Below, piece by piece: positions 48,128-58,115 of a stretch of DNA of 64,000 bases; position 1 is the first letter of the stretch, and every line of letters begins with the position of its first letter. Location: assembly GCA_020346185.1 (NCBI GenBank), contig CP070775.1, positions 918,297-982,296 of the forward strand, written 5' to 3'. The translations under genes were made by a program, and so were the position numbers. Origin of the DNA: Betaproteobacteria bacterium. Lineage in GTDB: Bacteria > Pseudomonadota > Gammaproteobacteria > Burkholderiales > Eutrophovitaceae. The notes under the pieces are model-generated. The model was not told the origin of the DNA. It searched no databases and worked only from the letters and a program-made list of their open reading frames with translations.

Positions 48128-48347
48128 AGCATGTCAAGGTATATGCGATGGGCGACGTAATCGATTCACTCGTTTTTGCAAGAATCGGACCGTAGCAAGT
48201 GACCGCACTATCGGCTTTGCCACGAAGTTCGCCGTCGGGCGACAGCGACATAGCTACCGACACTGCGCCAAAAGCAGCACCAGGTTTTCGCGTTGATCAT
48301 TTCTTGGATCGAGCCACCGGGCAAGGTCCGGGCGCGGGGTTATGCTG

Positions 48348-49130
48348 TTACCTGCCCTTGAATTGCGGCTTTCGTTTCTCCATGAATGCGCGCCGCCCCT
48401 CAATGTAGTCCTCGCTGGCCATGCAAGCGCTGACTGCCTCTTGCGCAGACGAGAAGTCCCCAACTGGCGATATCAGCGCTTCGAAGGCAATCTTCGAAGC
48501 AGCAACTGTCAATGGCGCATTTGCCGCAATGTCACGCGCCAATTTCTCGACAAAGTCTTCAAGCTCATCGTCTGGCATAACACGATTTACCAGGCCCATT
48601 GCTAACGCCTCTTCCGCATCGTAGAGCCGCGCAGTAAACATGATTTCACGCGCTGCCGCATGGCCGACCGTCGCAACCAGCCTGCTGTTACCGTGCACAC
48701 CGTAACCCAAGCCCAACCGTGCAGCCGGAATCGCAAACCGAGCACTATTACCCGCATAACGCAGGTCGCACGACAGTGCGGTGGCAAGACCGCCGCCAAC
48801 GCAGAATCCGTGAATCAAGGCAATCACCGGTTTCGGCGACGATTCGAGCGCGGCATGCGCGGCGTCAACGCCGGCTTCATAAGCACGCACTTGCTCGTCG
48901 CTCGATCGCCTGGTTTCGAACTCGGATATATCGGCACCGGCAGCAAACGCGACCTCTCCCTGGCCGCGCAACACGATGCAGCGGATCTCCACATCGTTGT
49001 TGAATTCTGACACAGCCTGCGGAATGGCGCGCCACATCGCAGCGTTGATCGCATTACGCCTCGCAGTATTGTCGAACGTCAAGCGGCCAATCGGGCCATC
49101 TCGCTCGACACGTAATATCCCCGCACTCAT
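48348..49130 (-). CDS. Enoyl-CoA hydratase/isomerase family protein
   Basis: 260-aa ORF. Crotonase motifs VLRGQGEVAFAAGADISEF and IALIHGFCVGGG. Confidence 0.88.
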   Translation of the reverse strand: MSAGILRVERDGPIGRLTFDNTARRNAINAAMWRAIPQAVSEFNNDVEIRCIVLRGQGEVAFAAGADISEFETRRSSDEQVRAYEAGVDAAHAALESSPKPVIALIHGFCVGGGLATALSCDLRYAGNSARFAIPAARLGLGYGVHGNSRLVATVGHAAAREIMFTARLYDAEEALAMGLVNRVMPDDELEDFVEKLARDIAANAPLTVAASKIAFEALISPVGDFSSAQEAVSACMASEDYIEGRRAFMEKRKPQFKGR

Positions 49131-49140
49131 AGGTTAACCT

Positions 49141-50313
49141 TTAAATCACTTCGTCCAACCGTAGCGCCGCGATCTCGCTATCTGCGTAGCCGAGTTCGCG
49201 CAGAACTTCCTCGTTGTGTTCGCCTGGCGCACCCATAGCCCGTTTCATCTGCGAAGGGGTACGTGACAAGCGTATCGCAGGCCCAACCAGCCGCAGATTC
49301 TCGCCCCCGGGACGAGGAACGTTTACCGCCATGCCAAGGTGCCGAACCTGCTCATCGTCGAAGACCTCATTCATTTTGTAGATCGGCCCACAAGGCACAC
49401 CGGCATCGTTGAGCAGCAAGATCAGTTCGTCTGATGTGTGCTGCTTCGAGCGCTGCGCAATGGCATCATTGAGTGCGACGCGGTTATGTGAGCGCAGGTC
49501 TGCAGTCGCATAATCCGGATGATTTGCCAATTCCGGAATACCCAGCGCCTTACACATCCGGCCATATATGGCATCGCCTGCCGCTGCAATATTGACGAAA
49601 CCATCCGACGTTGGATAAACGCTGGTTGGCATCGACGTCGGGTGATCGTTGCCGGCTTGCTCGGGGATTTCGCTCTCAACCAGCCAGCGTGCCGCCTGAA
49701 AGTCCATCATCGATACCATCGCTGAGAGCAGCGAACTTTGCACCCACTGTCCCTTGCCCGAAACGCTGCGCTCCTGCAGCGCAATCAGAATGCCGATCGC
49801 AGCGAACAGGCCGGCACTCAAGTCGGCAACCGGAATGCCCGCGCGCACCGGGCCCTGCCCAGGCAAACCGGTAACCCACATCAGTCCACCCATACCTTGC
49901 GCCACCTGATCAAATCCAGCGCGATCGCAATAGGGGCCATCCTGACCGAACCCGGATATGCTTGCATATATCAAGCGCGGGTTTTCTTTGCTCAGTGTTT
50001 CGTATTCGATACCCAATTTGTTTTTCACCCCGGGCCGGAAGTTCTCAACCAGTATGTCGGCGGTCCTGACCAGACGTTTCAGGACTGCGACTCCACGCTC
50101 GTCTTTGAGATTGAGAGTGATTGTGCGCTTGTTACGCTGCAGGTTCTGAAAATCCGAACCATCCCTCGCAAAGCCAAAGGCATCGCCAATGGTGGCCGGC
50201 ATCTCGACTTTGATCACATCCGCCCCCCAGTCGGCAAACTGCCTGACACAAGTCGGGCCGGCACGAACGCGCGTCAGGTCAATTACACGAAGATGAGACA
50301 GTGCTTCGCTCAT
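49141..50313 (-). CDS. CoA-transferase family III (CaiB/BaiF type)
   Basis: 390-aa ORF. N-terminus LRVIDLTRVRAGPTCVRQFADWGADVIKVE and GFDQVAQGMGGLM motif. Confidence 0.88.
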   Translation of the reverse strand: MSEALSHLRVIDLTRVRAGPTCVRQFADWGADVIKVEMPATIGDAFGFARDGSDFQNLQRNKRTITLNLKDERGVAVLKRLVRTADILVENFRPGVKNKLGIEYETLSKENPRLIYASISGFGQDGPYCDRAGFDQVAQGMGGLMWVTGLPGQGPVRAGIPVADLSAGLFAAIGILIALQERSVSGKGQWVQSSLLSAMVSMMDFQAARWLVESEIPEQAGNDHPTSMPTSVYPTSDGFVNIAAAGDAIYGRMCKALGIPELANHPDYATADLRSHNRVALNDAIAQRSKQHTSDELILLLNDAGVPCGPIYKMNEVFDDEQVRHLGMAVNVPRPGGENLRLVGPAIRLSRTPSQMKRAMGAPGEHNEEVLRELGYADSEIAALRLDEVI

Positions 50314-50319
50314 GGCAAC

Positions 50320-51195
50320 TCACTCAGTGCCGGTTTCGCGAGTCGTCCAACGCCCCGCTTCGACAGTGTGAAAAAAATCCTCGAGCAAGCGATTGAATAA
50401 TGCAGGCTCTTCAATATTCAGCACATGGCCACTCCTGGGCAGCATCGCGAGTCCGCAAGTGGCAATTGTGCGCTTCATCATCAGCGACGGTTCCAGTGTT
50501 GAATCGTCCTCGTCGCCGGCCACGACCAGCAGCGGTGCCGTGATGCCGGCCATTTCTTTTCGCAGTGTATACAGTGACGGACGCTTTCCTTGATAGTTCT
50601 CCATGGTATTCGCAGAACCTTCGCCCGAATGCTCACTGAAGAAACGGATGAAGTCTTCGAAACCACGTGGATCCTTATCCCGCAACTGCAGCCGCGTCGG
50701 GCCATGACCATAAGTCGCGGCAACGTATTCCATGCCCTTGTCGCGAATCGTTTCGGCGAGCGCTTTCGATTCCTTCTGGAAGGTTTCATACTGGTCAGGA
50801 TGCGCGCCATAACCACATCCCGCAACCACCAGCGAAAGTGCCCGATGTGAGTACGCAATGCCAAAGTGCAACGTCGCGAACGCGCCCATTGAAAGGCCTA
50901 CGATGTGCGCCCGCTCAATGTTCAGACCATCGAGCACGCACAGGATGTCATCCCTGGCACGTTGTTGCGAGTATGAGGAACCATCTGGCGGCACCTCGGA
51001 GGGCGGGTAGCCGCGTGCATTGTAGGTGATGCAGCGATAGCGTCTGGAAAAATGCCTCACCTGCGGCTCCCAGCTGCGGAAATCACCCGCAAACTCATGG
51101 GCGAACACGATGGGTATGCCGCTTCCCGTGTCTTCGTAATAGAGTTCTACGCCGTCATCGGTCTTCACGTGCGCCATAAAATCACTCCAGCTCAT
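50320..51195 (-). CDS. Alpha/beta-fold hydrolase
   Basis: 291-aa ORF. HEFAG oxyanion region, nucleophile elbow GLSMGA, and a C-terminal His (SGHVLNIE). Confidence 0.85.
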   Translation of the reverse strand: MSWSDFMAHVKTDDGVELYYEDTGSGIPIVFAHEFAGDFRSWEPQVRHFSRRYRCITYNARGYPPSEVPPDGSSYSQQRARDDILCVLDGLNIERAHIVGLSMGAFATLHFGIAYSHRALSLVVAGCGYGAHPDQYETFQKESKALAETIRDKGMEYVAATYGHGPTRLQLRDKDPRGFEDFIRFFSEHSGEGSANTMENYQGKRPSLYTLRKEMAGITAPLLVVAGDEDDSTLEPSLMMKRTIATCGLAMLPRSGHVLNIEEPALFNRLLEDFFHTVEAGRWTTRETGTE

Positions 51196-51350
51196 TCCGG
51201 CTTCTTGTTCGAGGGTCTAGACTAACCAAATCGAGAGGCGAAAGAAACCTGCCTCAGATAAGTAGCACGACCAACCATCACTGTGCTACTCGGCGCCACG
51301 CAGGTCGGACAACCGCTTCTCTAAGGACGACAACCAATAAAGGATCGAAA

Positions 51351-52121
51351 ATGAACCTCGAGAATGCAGTTTGTATTGTCACCGGAGCGGGTACTGGAGT
51401 CGGCGCCGCCTGCGCCAGCCAGCTGGCAGCGAAAGGTTGCCGCGTGCTCGTCAACTACAGCCGAAGTGAGGACGGCGCCCGGCGAGTGGTTGACCAATGC
51501 GTGGCCGCTGGCAGTGACGCATTATTGGTCAAAGGGGACGTCTCAAACGACGCCGACTGCCGTGCACTCGCTGAGGCGGCACTGGACAAGTGGGGCCAGA
51601 TCGATGCGCTGATCAATAACGCCGGCATCACCAAATTTGCCCGCGCCTCCGACCTCGGGGCGCTCGGTGCCGAAGACTTTCAAAACCTTTATGCGGTGAA
51701 CGTCATTGGCCCCTACCAGATGATTCGCGCCTGCGTACCGGCAATGAAGCGACGCGGCAACGCTGCGATCGTCAACATTTCATCCATCTCCGGCGTTCGA
51801 GGGTTCGGATCGTCAACCGCATACATCGCGTCCAAGGGTGCGCTCAATGCAATGACGCTGTCTCTGGCGCGCGCCTTGGGGCCGCAAATCCGGATTAATG
51901 CCGTGTGTCCCGGTCTGGTAGACACTCGCTGGCACTCGTCGCGTTTCAACGAGAAAGATTACGCCAAATTCAAAGCGAACTATGCAAAGACGGTACCTCT
52001 GGAAAAAGCCGCATCGCCGGATGACGTTGCGGAGGTAGCGGTGTGGATGCTCGAAGGCGCGGCGCAGGTTACCGGCGAAACCATACTTGTCGACGGAGGC
52101 CTCCACCTCGGCAAGGGCTGA
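51351..52121 (+). CDS. SDR-family oxidoreductase
   Basis: 256-aa ORF. Motifs TGAGTGVG, NNAG, and Y-x3-K (YIASKGA). Confidence 0.88.
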   Translation: MNLENAVCIVTGAGTGVGAACASQLAAKGCRVLVNYSRSEDGARRVVDQCVAAGSDALLVKGDVSNDADCRALAEAALDKWGQIDALINNAGITKFARASDLGALGAEDFQNLYAVNVIGPYQMIRACVPAMKRRGNAAIVNISSISGVRGFGSSTAYIASKGALNAMTLSLARALGPQIRINAVCPGLVDTRWHSSRFNEKDYAKFKANYAKTVPLEKAASPDDVAEVAVWMLEGAAQVTGETILVDGGLHLGKG

Positions 52122-52136
52122 AAACTCCGGCCATCG

Positions 52137-52607
52137 TTAGTCCGATCTACGCCGCAGCGCGTAGATGAAAAAAGCCCAGCCAAGTAGCAAGGCGTAACAG
52201 TTTATAATGATGTCGTCGAGCACCATTCCGGCGCCGCCCGGCACGCTTTCCATCAGACGTGCTGGTGGAGGTTTGACGTAGTCAAGCAAACGGCTCACAA
52301 CGAAAATCGTTGCCAACAATACGGGATGCTTCGTCACCGGCAAGCCCACAGTGGCCACGGGTAGGGTCAGATACTCGTCGGCCACAACCTGCCCGGGATC
52401 ATCCGCTCCGATACTGGTCTGTGCCAACTCACAGACGACACCTGAAACCAGACACAGCAAAAGCACCACTACAAGCTGTTTCCACCATGCCAGTCTTGCG
52501 CTCAGCAACACGATCGGGACTCCCAATAATGCACCAATAGTGCCGGGAATCCACGGACTCAAACCGAGTCCGAAGCCGGTTGCCAAGCTGAATAGCAAAG
52601 TATCCAT
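52137..52607 (-). CDS. pgpA: Phosphatidylglycerophosphatase A
   Basis: 156-aa ORF. PgpA N-terminus LATGFGLGLSPWIPGTIGALLG and VVADEY motif. Confidence 0.85.
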   Translation of the reverse strand: MDTLLFSLATGFGLGLSPWIPGTIGALLGVPIVLLSARLAWWKQLVVVLLLCLVSGVVCELAQTSIGADDPGQVVADEYLTLPVATVGLPVTKHPVLLATIFVVSRLLDYVKPPPARLMESVPGGAGMVLDDIIINCYALLLGWAFFIYALRRRSD

Positions 52608-52794
52608 CTTGCTATTGCCTTAGGGTGGCCACCCGTTTCACCGAAACGACTTCGACCTGTTGAGGTTGTGTCCATGTTGACGGGTGTATGCTGCGTGTAA
52701 TTGACACGTATCAACTGTGCTTGCAGAGCATTATCCAATACTGTCGTAATTGATGTTGACTACCATCCTGCAAGCAGACAGATATGAGTCAATA

Positions 52795-53943
52795 ATGGTG
52801 TTTGTAACATTGCGCGCCACGACCAACCTGGCTCGCGCGTCCTTGTTAATCCTGATCGCCGCCATACCACAAATCGTTTCTGCGGCACCAAATGCAATTG
52901 AAATGTGGGGCCGACAGGGTTGCCCCTATTGCGCCGAAGCGAAGGACTATCTCGCCGAATTGCAGAGGCGGCAACCAGATACGAAGATCGTCTACTACGA
53001 CGTCGTGCGCGATGCCGCGGCGCGTGAGCGCTTTGTCATGCTCAACGCAGCGCATCAGGTTACAACACCCGGGATCCCGGCTTTTCTGGTCGGCGATCAC
53101 TACCTGATCGGTTGGAACGCGACCGACACGCCAACAGAAATTGAAGCGATTCTCGCCGGCCGACCACTCGTCTCGGCCGGGCACACACAGCTGCACAATC
53201 CGGTACTTGGCGGAATCGACCCGGCGCGGCTTGGGTTGCCCTTGTTCACGGCAACGATTGGGCTACTAGACGGTTTCAATCCGTGTGCGATGTGGGTTCT
53301 GGTGTTTGTACTGTCGCTGCTGGTCAATCTCAAAGACCGCTCCAAGGTTCTGCTCATCGGCGGAACATTTATCCTGACCAGCGGCATCGTGTATTTTGCC
53401 TTTATGGCTGCCTGGCTCAACGTCTTTCTTCTGGTGGGCGTTTCACGTGTTACGCAGGTGATTCTCGGGATGATTGCAATGGCGATCGGTGCGGTCAACG
53501 TGAAGGACTATTTTGCGCTTGGCCGCGGCGTATCGCTTAGCATCCCGGATTCGGCAAAACCTGCCATCTATAACCGTGTGCGCCAGGTGCTGCGCGCTCA
53601 GAGCATGAGTGCGGCACTCGGCGCCGTAGTCGTTCTGGCGGTAATGGTGAACATGGTCGAGTTCCTTTGCACCAGCGGCCTGCCGGCGGTATACACTCAG
53701 GTACTTGCATCACGCAACCTGCCCGCCTGGCAGTATTATGCTTATCTGGCGCTGTACAACGTCTTCTACATGCTGGATGACGCTCTGCTGCTTGCAGCAG
53801 CCGTTGCGACATTGCGCATCACCAAATTGCAGGAGCGCGGCGGCCGGGTCCTGAAACTGATCAGCGGGGCTGTAATGCTATTGCTTGGGTTCGCGCTTGC
53901 AATAAAACCGCAATGGCTCGAGTGGATGCGATTCGGGCTCTGA
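52795..53943 (+). CDS. Exported glutaredoxin-like (CPYC) domain fused to a polytopic membrane domain with two TM cysteines
   Basis: ORF 52750..53943 trimmed to ATG 52795. Signal peptide (ASLLILIAAIPQIVSA), then a Grx/NrdH-like domain (MWGRQGCPYCAEAKDYL...GIPAFLVG). About 6 TM helices follow, with LDGFNPCAMWV and VEFLCTSGLP. Confidence 0.75.
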   Translation: MVFVTLRATTNLARASLLILIAAIPQIVSAAPNAIEMWGRQGCPYCAEAKDYLAELQRRQPDTKIVYYDVVRDAAARERFVMLNAAHQVTTPGIPAFLVGDHYLIGWNATDTPTEIEAILAGRPLVSAGHTQLHNPVLGGIDPARLGLPLFTATIGLLDGFNPCAMWVLVFVLSLLVNLKDRSKVLLIGGTFILTSGIVYFAFMAAWLNVFLLVGVSRVTQVILGMIAMAIGAVNVKDYFALGRGVSLSIPDSAKPAIYNRVRQVLRAQSMSAALGAVVVLAVMVNMVEFLCTSGLPAVYTQVLASRNLPAWQYYAYLALYNVFYMLDDALLLAAAVATLRITKLQERGGRVLKLISGAVMLLLGFALAIKPQWLEWMRFGL

Positions 53944-54012
53944 ACACAATCACGATTTACAGCCAGGACAGCCTTCGTAACAGCACACCAATCAATCACG
54001 AAAGTAACGAGT

Positions 54013-54867
54013 ATGTCATCACAAGACCGATCTACAGCAGTGTGGTTTATCACCGGTTGTTCGACCGGGTTGGGTCGGGCATTGGCGCAACGGGTCCTCG
54101 AGCACGGCCACCGTGCAGTGGTCACGGCGCGTCGCGCTGACCAGATCAGTGACATCGTCGCCGATTATGCCAAGACCGCGCTTGCGATCGCGCTCGACGT
54201 AAACGACCACGTCCAGGTTGACGCGGCGATTGCGCAGGCCGCTGAAAAATTCGGCGGTATCGATGTGCTGGTTAACAATGCCGGTTACGGCTACCTCGCA
54301 GCGGTTGAGGAAGGCGATGAGCAGGAAATCCGCGACATGTTCGAGACCAATTTTTTTTCATTGGCAGCGCTGATACGCAAAGTGCTCCCCGGTATGCGAA
54401 CGCACGGCAGTGGCCACATCATCAACATCTCTTCGGTCGGTGGAATGGTCGGCGCCGCAAGTTCCGGCTTTTACAACGCCACCAAGTTTGCCGTAGAAGG
54501 TTTGACCGAGGCGCTGGCAAAAGAAGTGGAGCCGCTGGGTATTCGTGTCACCGCAATCGAGCCCGGCCCGTTTCGCACCGACTGGGCCGGGCGATCGCTC
54601 AAACAGGCGGAACATCCGATCAACGCGTACGCCGATACTGCCGCCGCGCGCCGCGCGCAAATCACCGGCTACAGCGGCAGGCAGGCAGGTGACCCGGTGC
54701 GGGCTGCCGACGCCATTATCAAGGTCGTCGAATCAGATGAACCGCCACATAACCTCATACTCGGCAAGAATGGTCTCGACCGGGTGCGCGCCAAACTGGC
54801 AGCGTTGATGCAGTCAATCGACGACTGGGAAGAGGTTACACTCAGCGCCGACTATCCGGATGCCTGA
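54013..54867 (+). CDS. SDR-family oxidoreductase
   Basis: 284-aa ORF. Motifs ITGCSTGLG, NNAG, and YNATKFA. Confidence 0.88.
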   Translation: MSSQDRSTAVWFITGCSTGLGRALAQRVLEHGHRAVVTARRADQISDIVADYAKTALAIALDVNDHVQVDAAIAQAAEKFGGIDVLVNNAGYGYLAAVEEGDEQEIRDMFETNFFSLAALIRKVLPGMRTHGSGHIINISSVGGMVGAASSGFYNATKFAVEGLTEALAKEVEPLGIRVTAIEPGPFRTDWAGRSLKQAEHPINAYADTAAARRAQITGYSGRQAGDPVRAADAIIKVVESDEPPHNLILGKNGLDRVRAKLAALMQSIDDWEEVTLSADYPDA

Positions 54868-54902
54868 ACCACGATCCGACTTTCGCGAAAGGTGACACAC
54901 AT

Positions 54903-55880
54903 ATGACCAAGGTAGCGGTTCTGGACGACTGGCAAGGTGTAGCGCGACAAAGCGCCGATTGGAGTGAACTGGAAAAGCGCGCGCAGGTGCGCATTTTCGA
55001 GAAGCCGTTTGGCGACGCCGCCGATTTTGTTCGCCAGCTCGCCAATTTTGAAATCATCGTGGCCATGCGAGAACGCAGCCCTTTCCCGAAAACAGTAATC
55101 GATCAACTGACGACGTTGAAAATGATTGCATTGACCGGCCCTCGCACCTGGACAATGGACATCGCCGCCTGTACTGCGCGCCGCATTCCCGTTTGCCACA
55201 CCGGCGGTGCACTGGCAAGCGCGGCAACCGCAGAGATCGCGCTTGGACTCTTGCTCACAGCTGCCCGCCATATTGTTTCGGCTGATGTGTCGATGCGTGG
55301 CGGCCGATTTCAACAACAGCTGCCTGTCGGCACTGCTCTAGAGGGTAAAACGCTGGGCGTAATCGGCCTTGGAAAAATCGGCTCGCGAATGGCGCGCTAT
55401 GGACTGGCTCTGGGGATGCGGGTCTTGGCGTGGAGTCGAAATCTGACCCACGAAGCCGCGAGCAGCGCTGGCGTACAGCGGGTGGAAAAGGATGCCTTGC
55501 TTCGCGAGTCCGATGCGATCTCTCTCCACCTCGTGCTCAGCGATCTATCGCGCGGCACCATCGGTGCTGAAGAACTTAAAAAAATGAAAGACCACGCCAT
55601 CTTGATCAACACTTCACGCGGACCGTTGATCGAAGAGACGGCCCTGCTCGAGCATCTGCGGGCTGGCAGGTTGATCGCAGCGCTCGACGTGTTCGACCGG
55701 GAGCCATTGCCTGAAAATCATCCGCTGCGCTCTTTGCCCAATACGGTTCTTACGCCGCATCAGGGCTACGGAACGCGAGAGATCTATCGCCAGTTTTACG
55801 CAGAGTCGATCGAAAACGTGCTGGCCTACCTCGACGGACATCCGATACGCGTGCTCAATCCCGAAGCGCTTGCGACGTGA
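54903..55880 (+). CDS. D-isomer-specific 2-hydroxyacid dehydrogenase family protein
   Basis: 325-aa ORF. NAD-binding motif GKTLGVIGLGKIGSRMA and LINTSRGPLI motif. Confidence 0.88.
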   Translation: MTKVAVLDDWQGVARQSADWSELEKRAQVRIFEKPFGDAADFVRQLANFEIIVAMRERSPFPKTVIDQLTTLKMIALTGPRTWTMDIAACTARRIPVCHTGGALASAATAEIALGLLLTAARHIVSADVSMRGGRFQQQLPVGTALEGKTLGVIGLGKIGSRMARYGLALGMRVLAWSRNLTHEAASSAGVQRVEKDALLRESDAISLHLVLSDLSRGTIGAEELKKMKDHAILINTSRGPLIEETALLEHLRAGRLIAALDVFDREPLPENHPLRSLPNTVLTPHQGYGTREIYRQFYAESIENVLAYLDGHPIRVLNPEALAT

Positions 55881-55907
55881 GCCCTTGCCGACCTGCTTCC
55901 AGACAGG

Positions 55908-56213
55908 TCAATCCAGTTCGTTTGGATCGTCAGACCAGCGACGCAGCGGACCATCGTATTCGTCTTTGAACGAAAAGTCCTCGTCGAAATCGAGATCGTC
56001 TATCCCGTCGTCGTAACGCTCCATCTCGTGAATCAATGCCTTCAGACGCAATTCGGCGGTGGTCTCGCGCTCAGACTGCTCAGTGAGCTGGTTCACGATT
56101 TCGGCAGCCTGTACGTGGTCACGCTTGCTTTTGATCGGACGAGCCGACCTGTTCTTTTCAACTTGGGCCCGTTTCTGCCCATTTTTGCTACCGCGCACGC
56201 CTCGCTGTGACAT
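55908..56213 (-). CDS. Hypothetical small protein (basic N-terminal half, very acidic C-terminal half)
   Basis: 101-aa ORF (MSQRGVRGSKNGQKRAQVEKNRSARPIKSKR...DDGIDDLDFDEDFSFKDEYDG). I recognise no family. Confidence 0.5.
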   Translation of the reverse strand: MSQRGVRGSKNGQKRAQVEKNRSARPIKSKRDHVQAAEIVNQLTEQSERETTAELRLKALIHEMERYDDGIDDLDFDEDFSFKDEYDGPLRRWSDDPNELD

Positions 56214-56612
56214 CTTACCTCCCTTGACAACACATTTATGTCCGTTGGCACCGTGATCGGCGGCCCGTAAGTCGTTTCAAGGAACATGCTGACTGCGGAT
56301 ATCCACGATACGGCACTGCTGCCGCGCTACGCGAAACTAAAGGCAAGATTCGATCCCATTCGCACCGCTTAAAACACAGCGCGCCATAGAGAATTTGAGT
56401 TGGCTCAAATTGGCCATCTGACCAGAGAAAATTCGGTGTCTCGCCACGGACAGCCATGTTGCATCGCGACATGATGACCCCTCTGAAGCCACCACTTGGC
56501 AGTCGTTACCACAAAAAGGTGCCGGAACCTGGACGCAGGGTTATCATCCCGCGAACAGCCGGACGCACCGGACGTGATTGAGACGAAACAACATCAACAG
56601 CAGGGGGAGGTC

Positions 56613-57506
56613 ATGACTAGCGCAACGCTTGGATTCATCGGTGTCGGCAAGATGGGCGCACCGATGGCAACCCGCTTGCTGACCGCGGGCCATACAGTCT
56701 GCGTGTTCGATACGAGCTGCGACGCACGGGCGGTGATGGAACAACTCGGCGCCCACTGCGCCGGCTCTGCGGCTGAAGTCGCATCAACTGCCGAAACGGT
56801 GTTCCTCAGCCTCCCCAATCCGCAAATCGTGCAAAGCGTATCGCTCGGCCCCGCTGGACTGATCGAAGGCCAGACCGTCAGACGAGTCATTGACTTTTCT
56901 ACTATTGGTCCGCGCGCGGCGAAGAATATCGCGGACGGCCTCGCTGCACGACGGATCAGCTATATCGATGCGCCGGTCAGCGGCGGTGTAAGGGGCGCCC
57001 GCGAAGGCACGCTGGCGATCATGGCAGCGTGCCCTAAGGCCATTTTCTCGAATGCGGAAGCGCTTCTGCAGAATTTCGGCAAGGTATTCCACCTCGGCGA
57101 GATCGCCGGTCAAGCGCAGACGATGAAACTCGCCAACAACCTGCTGTCCGGTGCTGCCATCGCGCTCACGTCCGAAGCCATGGTCATGGGCGTCAAGGCC
57201 GGCCTCGACCCAAAGGTGATGCTCGAGGTGCTCAATACCAGCACTGGCCGCAACAGTGCCACCGAGGACAAGTTTCCTCGCGCAGTGCTGCCGGGCACCT
57301 TTGATTTCGGGTTCACCACCGGCTTGTTATTCAAGGACATCAACCTCTGCATCGAGGATGCAGTCGCGCTTGGCGTGCCAATGGTGTGTGGCTCGACGGT
57401 GCTTCAGATGCTCGCCGTAACGCGGGCCATGTACGGCGACGATTCGGATTTCACCTCATTGTGTCGCGTCGTGGAATCTTGGGCCGGCGTCGAAGTGCGC
57501 GGCTGA
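56613..57506 (+). CDS. NAD(P)-dependent 3-hydroxyisobutyrate dehydrogenase-like oxidoreductase
   Basis: ORF 56496..57506 trimmed to ATG 56613 (GGGGGAGG upstream). Motifs LGFIGVGKMGAPMA, DAPVSGG and KLANNLL. Confidence 0.88.
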   Translation: MTSATLGFIGVGKMGAPMATRLLTAGHTVCVFDTSCDARAVMEQLGAHCAGSAAEVASTAETVFLSLPNPQIVQSVSLGPAGLIEGQTVRRVIDFSTIGPRAAKNIADGLAARRISYIDAPVSGGVRGAREGTLAIMAACPKAIFSNAEALLQNFGKVFHLGEIAGQAQTMKLANNLLSGAAIALTSEAMVMGVKAGLDPKVMLEVLNTSTGRNSATEDKFPRAVLPGTFDFGFTTGLLFKDINLCIEDAVALGVPMVCGSTVLQMLAVTRAMYGDDSDFTSLCRVVESWAGVEVRG

Positions 57507-57688
57507 AGCGACGCTGACTGGACTCATCAAGACAGCGTTACTCTCAAAGCACGCAGCTCCGTGCCTCCATGTTTGATAACACTGCTTCTGCACTGCTGGC
57601 TTCGCCAGTTCCTGACGTCACCACTGCTTGACTCGTCCAATTCCTGGCTTGATCGATTCTTGAACACACCGATAGAAGGGGAAATGAT

Positions 57689-58075
57689 ATGAATGAAGAG
57701 CTTTTTGAGAAAGGACTGGGTATTCGCAAATCGGTGCTTGGTCCCGAGTTCGTGGAAAAATCAATTGCTGCCGCGGACGAGTTCAATATGCCTATGCAGA
57801 AACTGGTAACCGAGTATTGCTGGGGTGCGGTGTGGGGGCGCGACGAACTGCCAAAGAAAACGCGCAGCATGCTCAATATCGCCATGCTCGCCGTCCTGAA
57901 TCGCCCGAATGAATTCAAGCTGCACATTCGCGGCGCTATCCGCAATGGCGTAACGCGCGAAGAGATACGCGAGATCCTCCTGCAAGTCGCCATTTACGCT
58001 GGGGTGCCGGCTGGAATCGATTCTTTCCGCAACGCCAAGGAAGCGTTGGCCGAGCTCAAGCAATCCGACACTTGA
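57689..58075 (+). CDS. Carboxymuconolactone decarboxylase family protein (PcaC-like)
   Basis: 128-aa ORF. Motifs GIRKSVLG, YCWGAVWGR, and REEIREILLQVAIYAGVPAG. Confidence 0.85.
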   Translation: MNEELFEKGLGIRKSVLGPEFVEKSIAAADEFNMPMQKLVTEYCWGAVWGRDELPKKTRSMLNIAMLAVLNRPNEFKLHIRGAIRNGVTREEIREILLQVAIYAGVPAGIDSFRNAKEALAELKQSDT

Positions 58076-58115
58076 AACTACGCCCGCCGCCTGAATCGAT
58101 CCGGAGTACGCAAAC

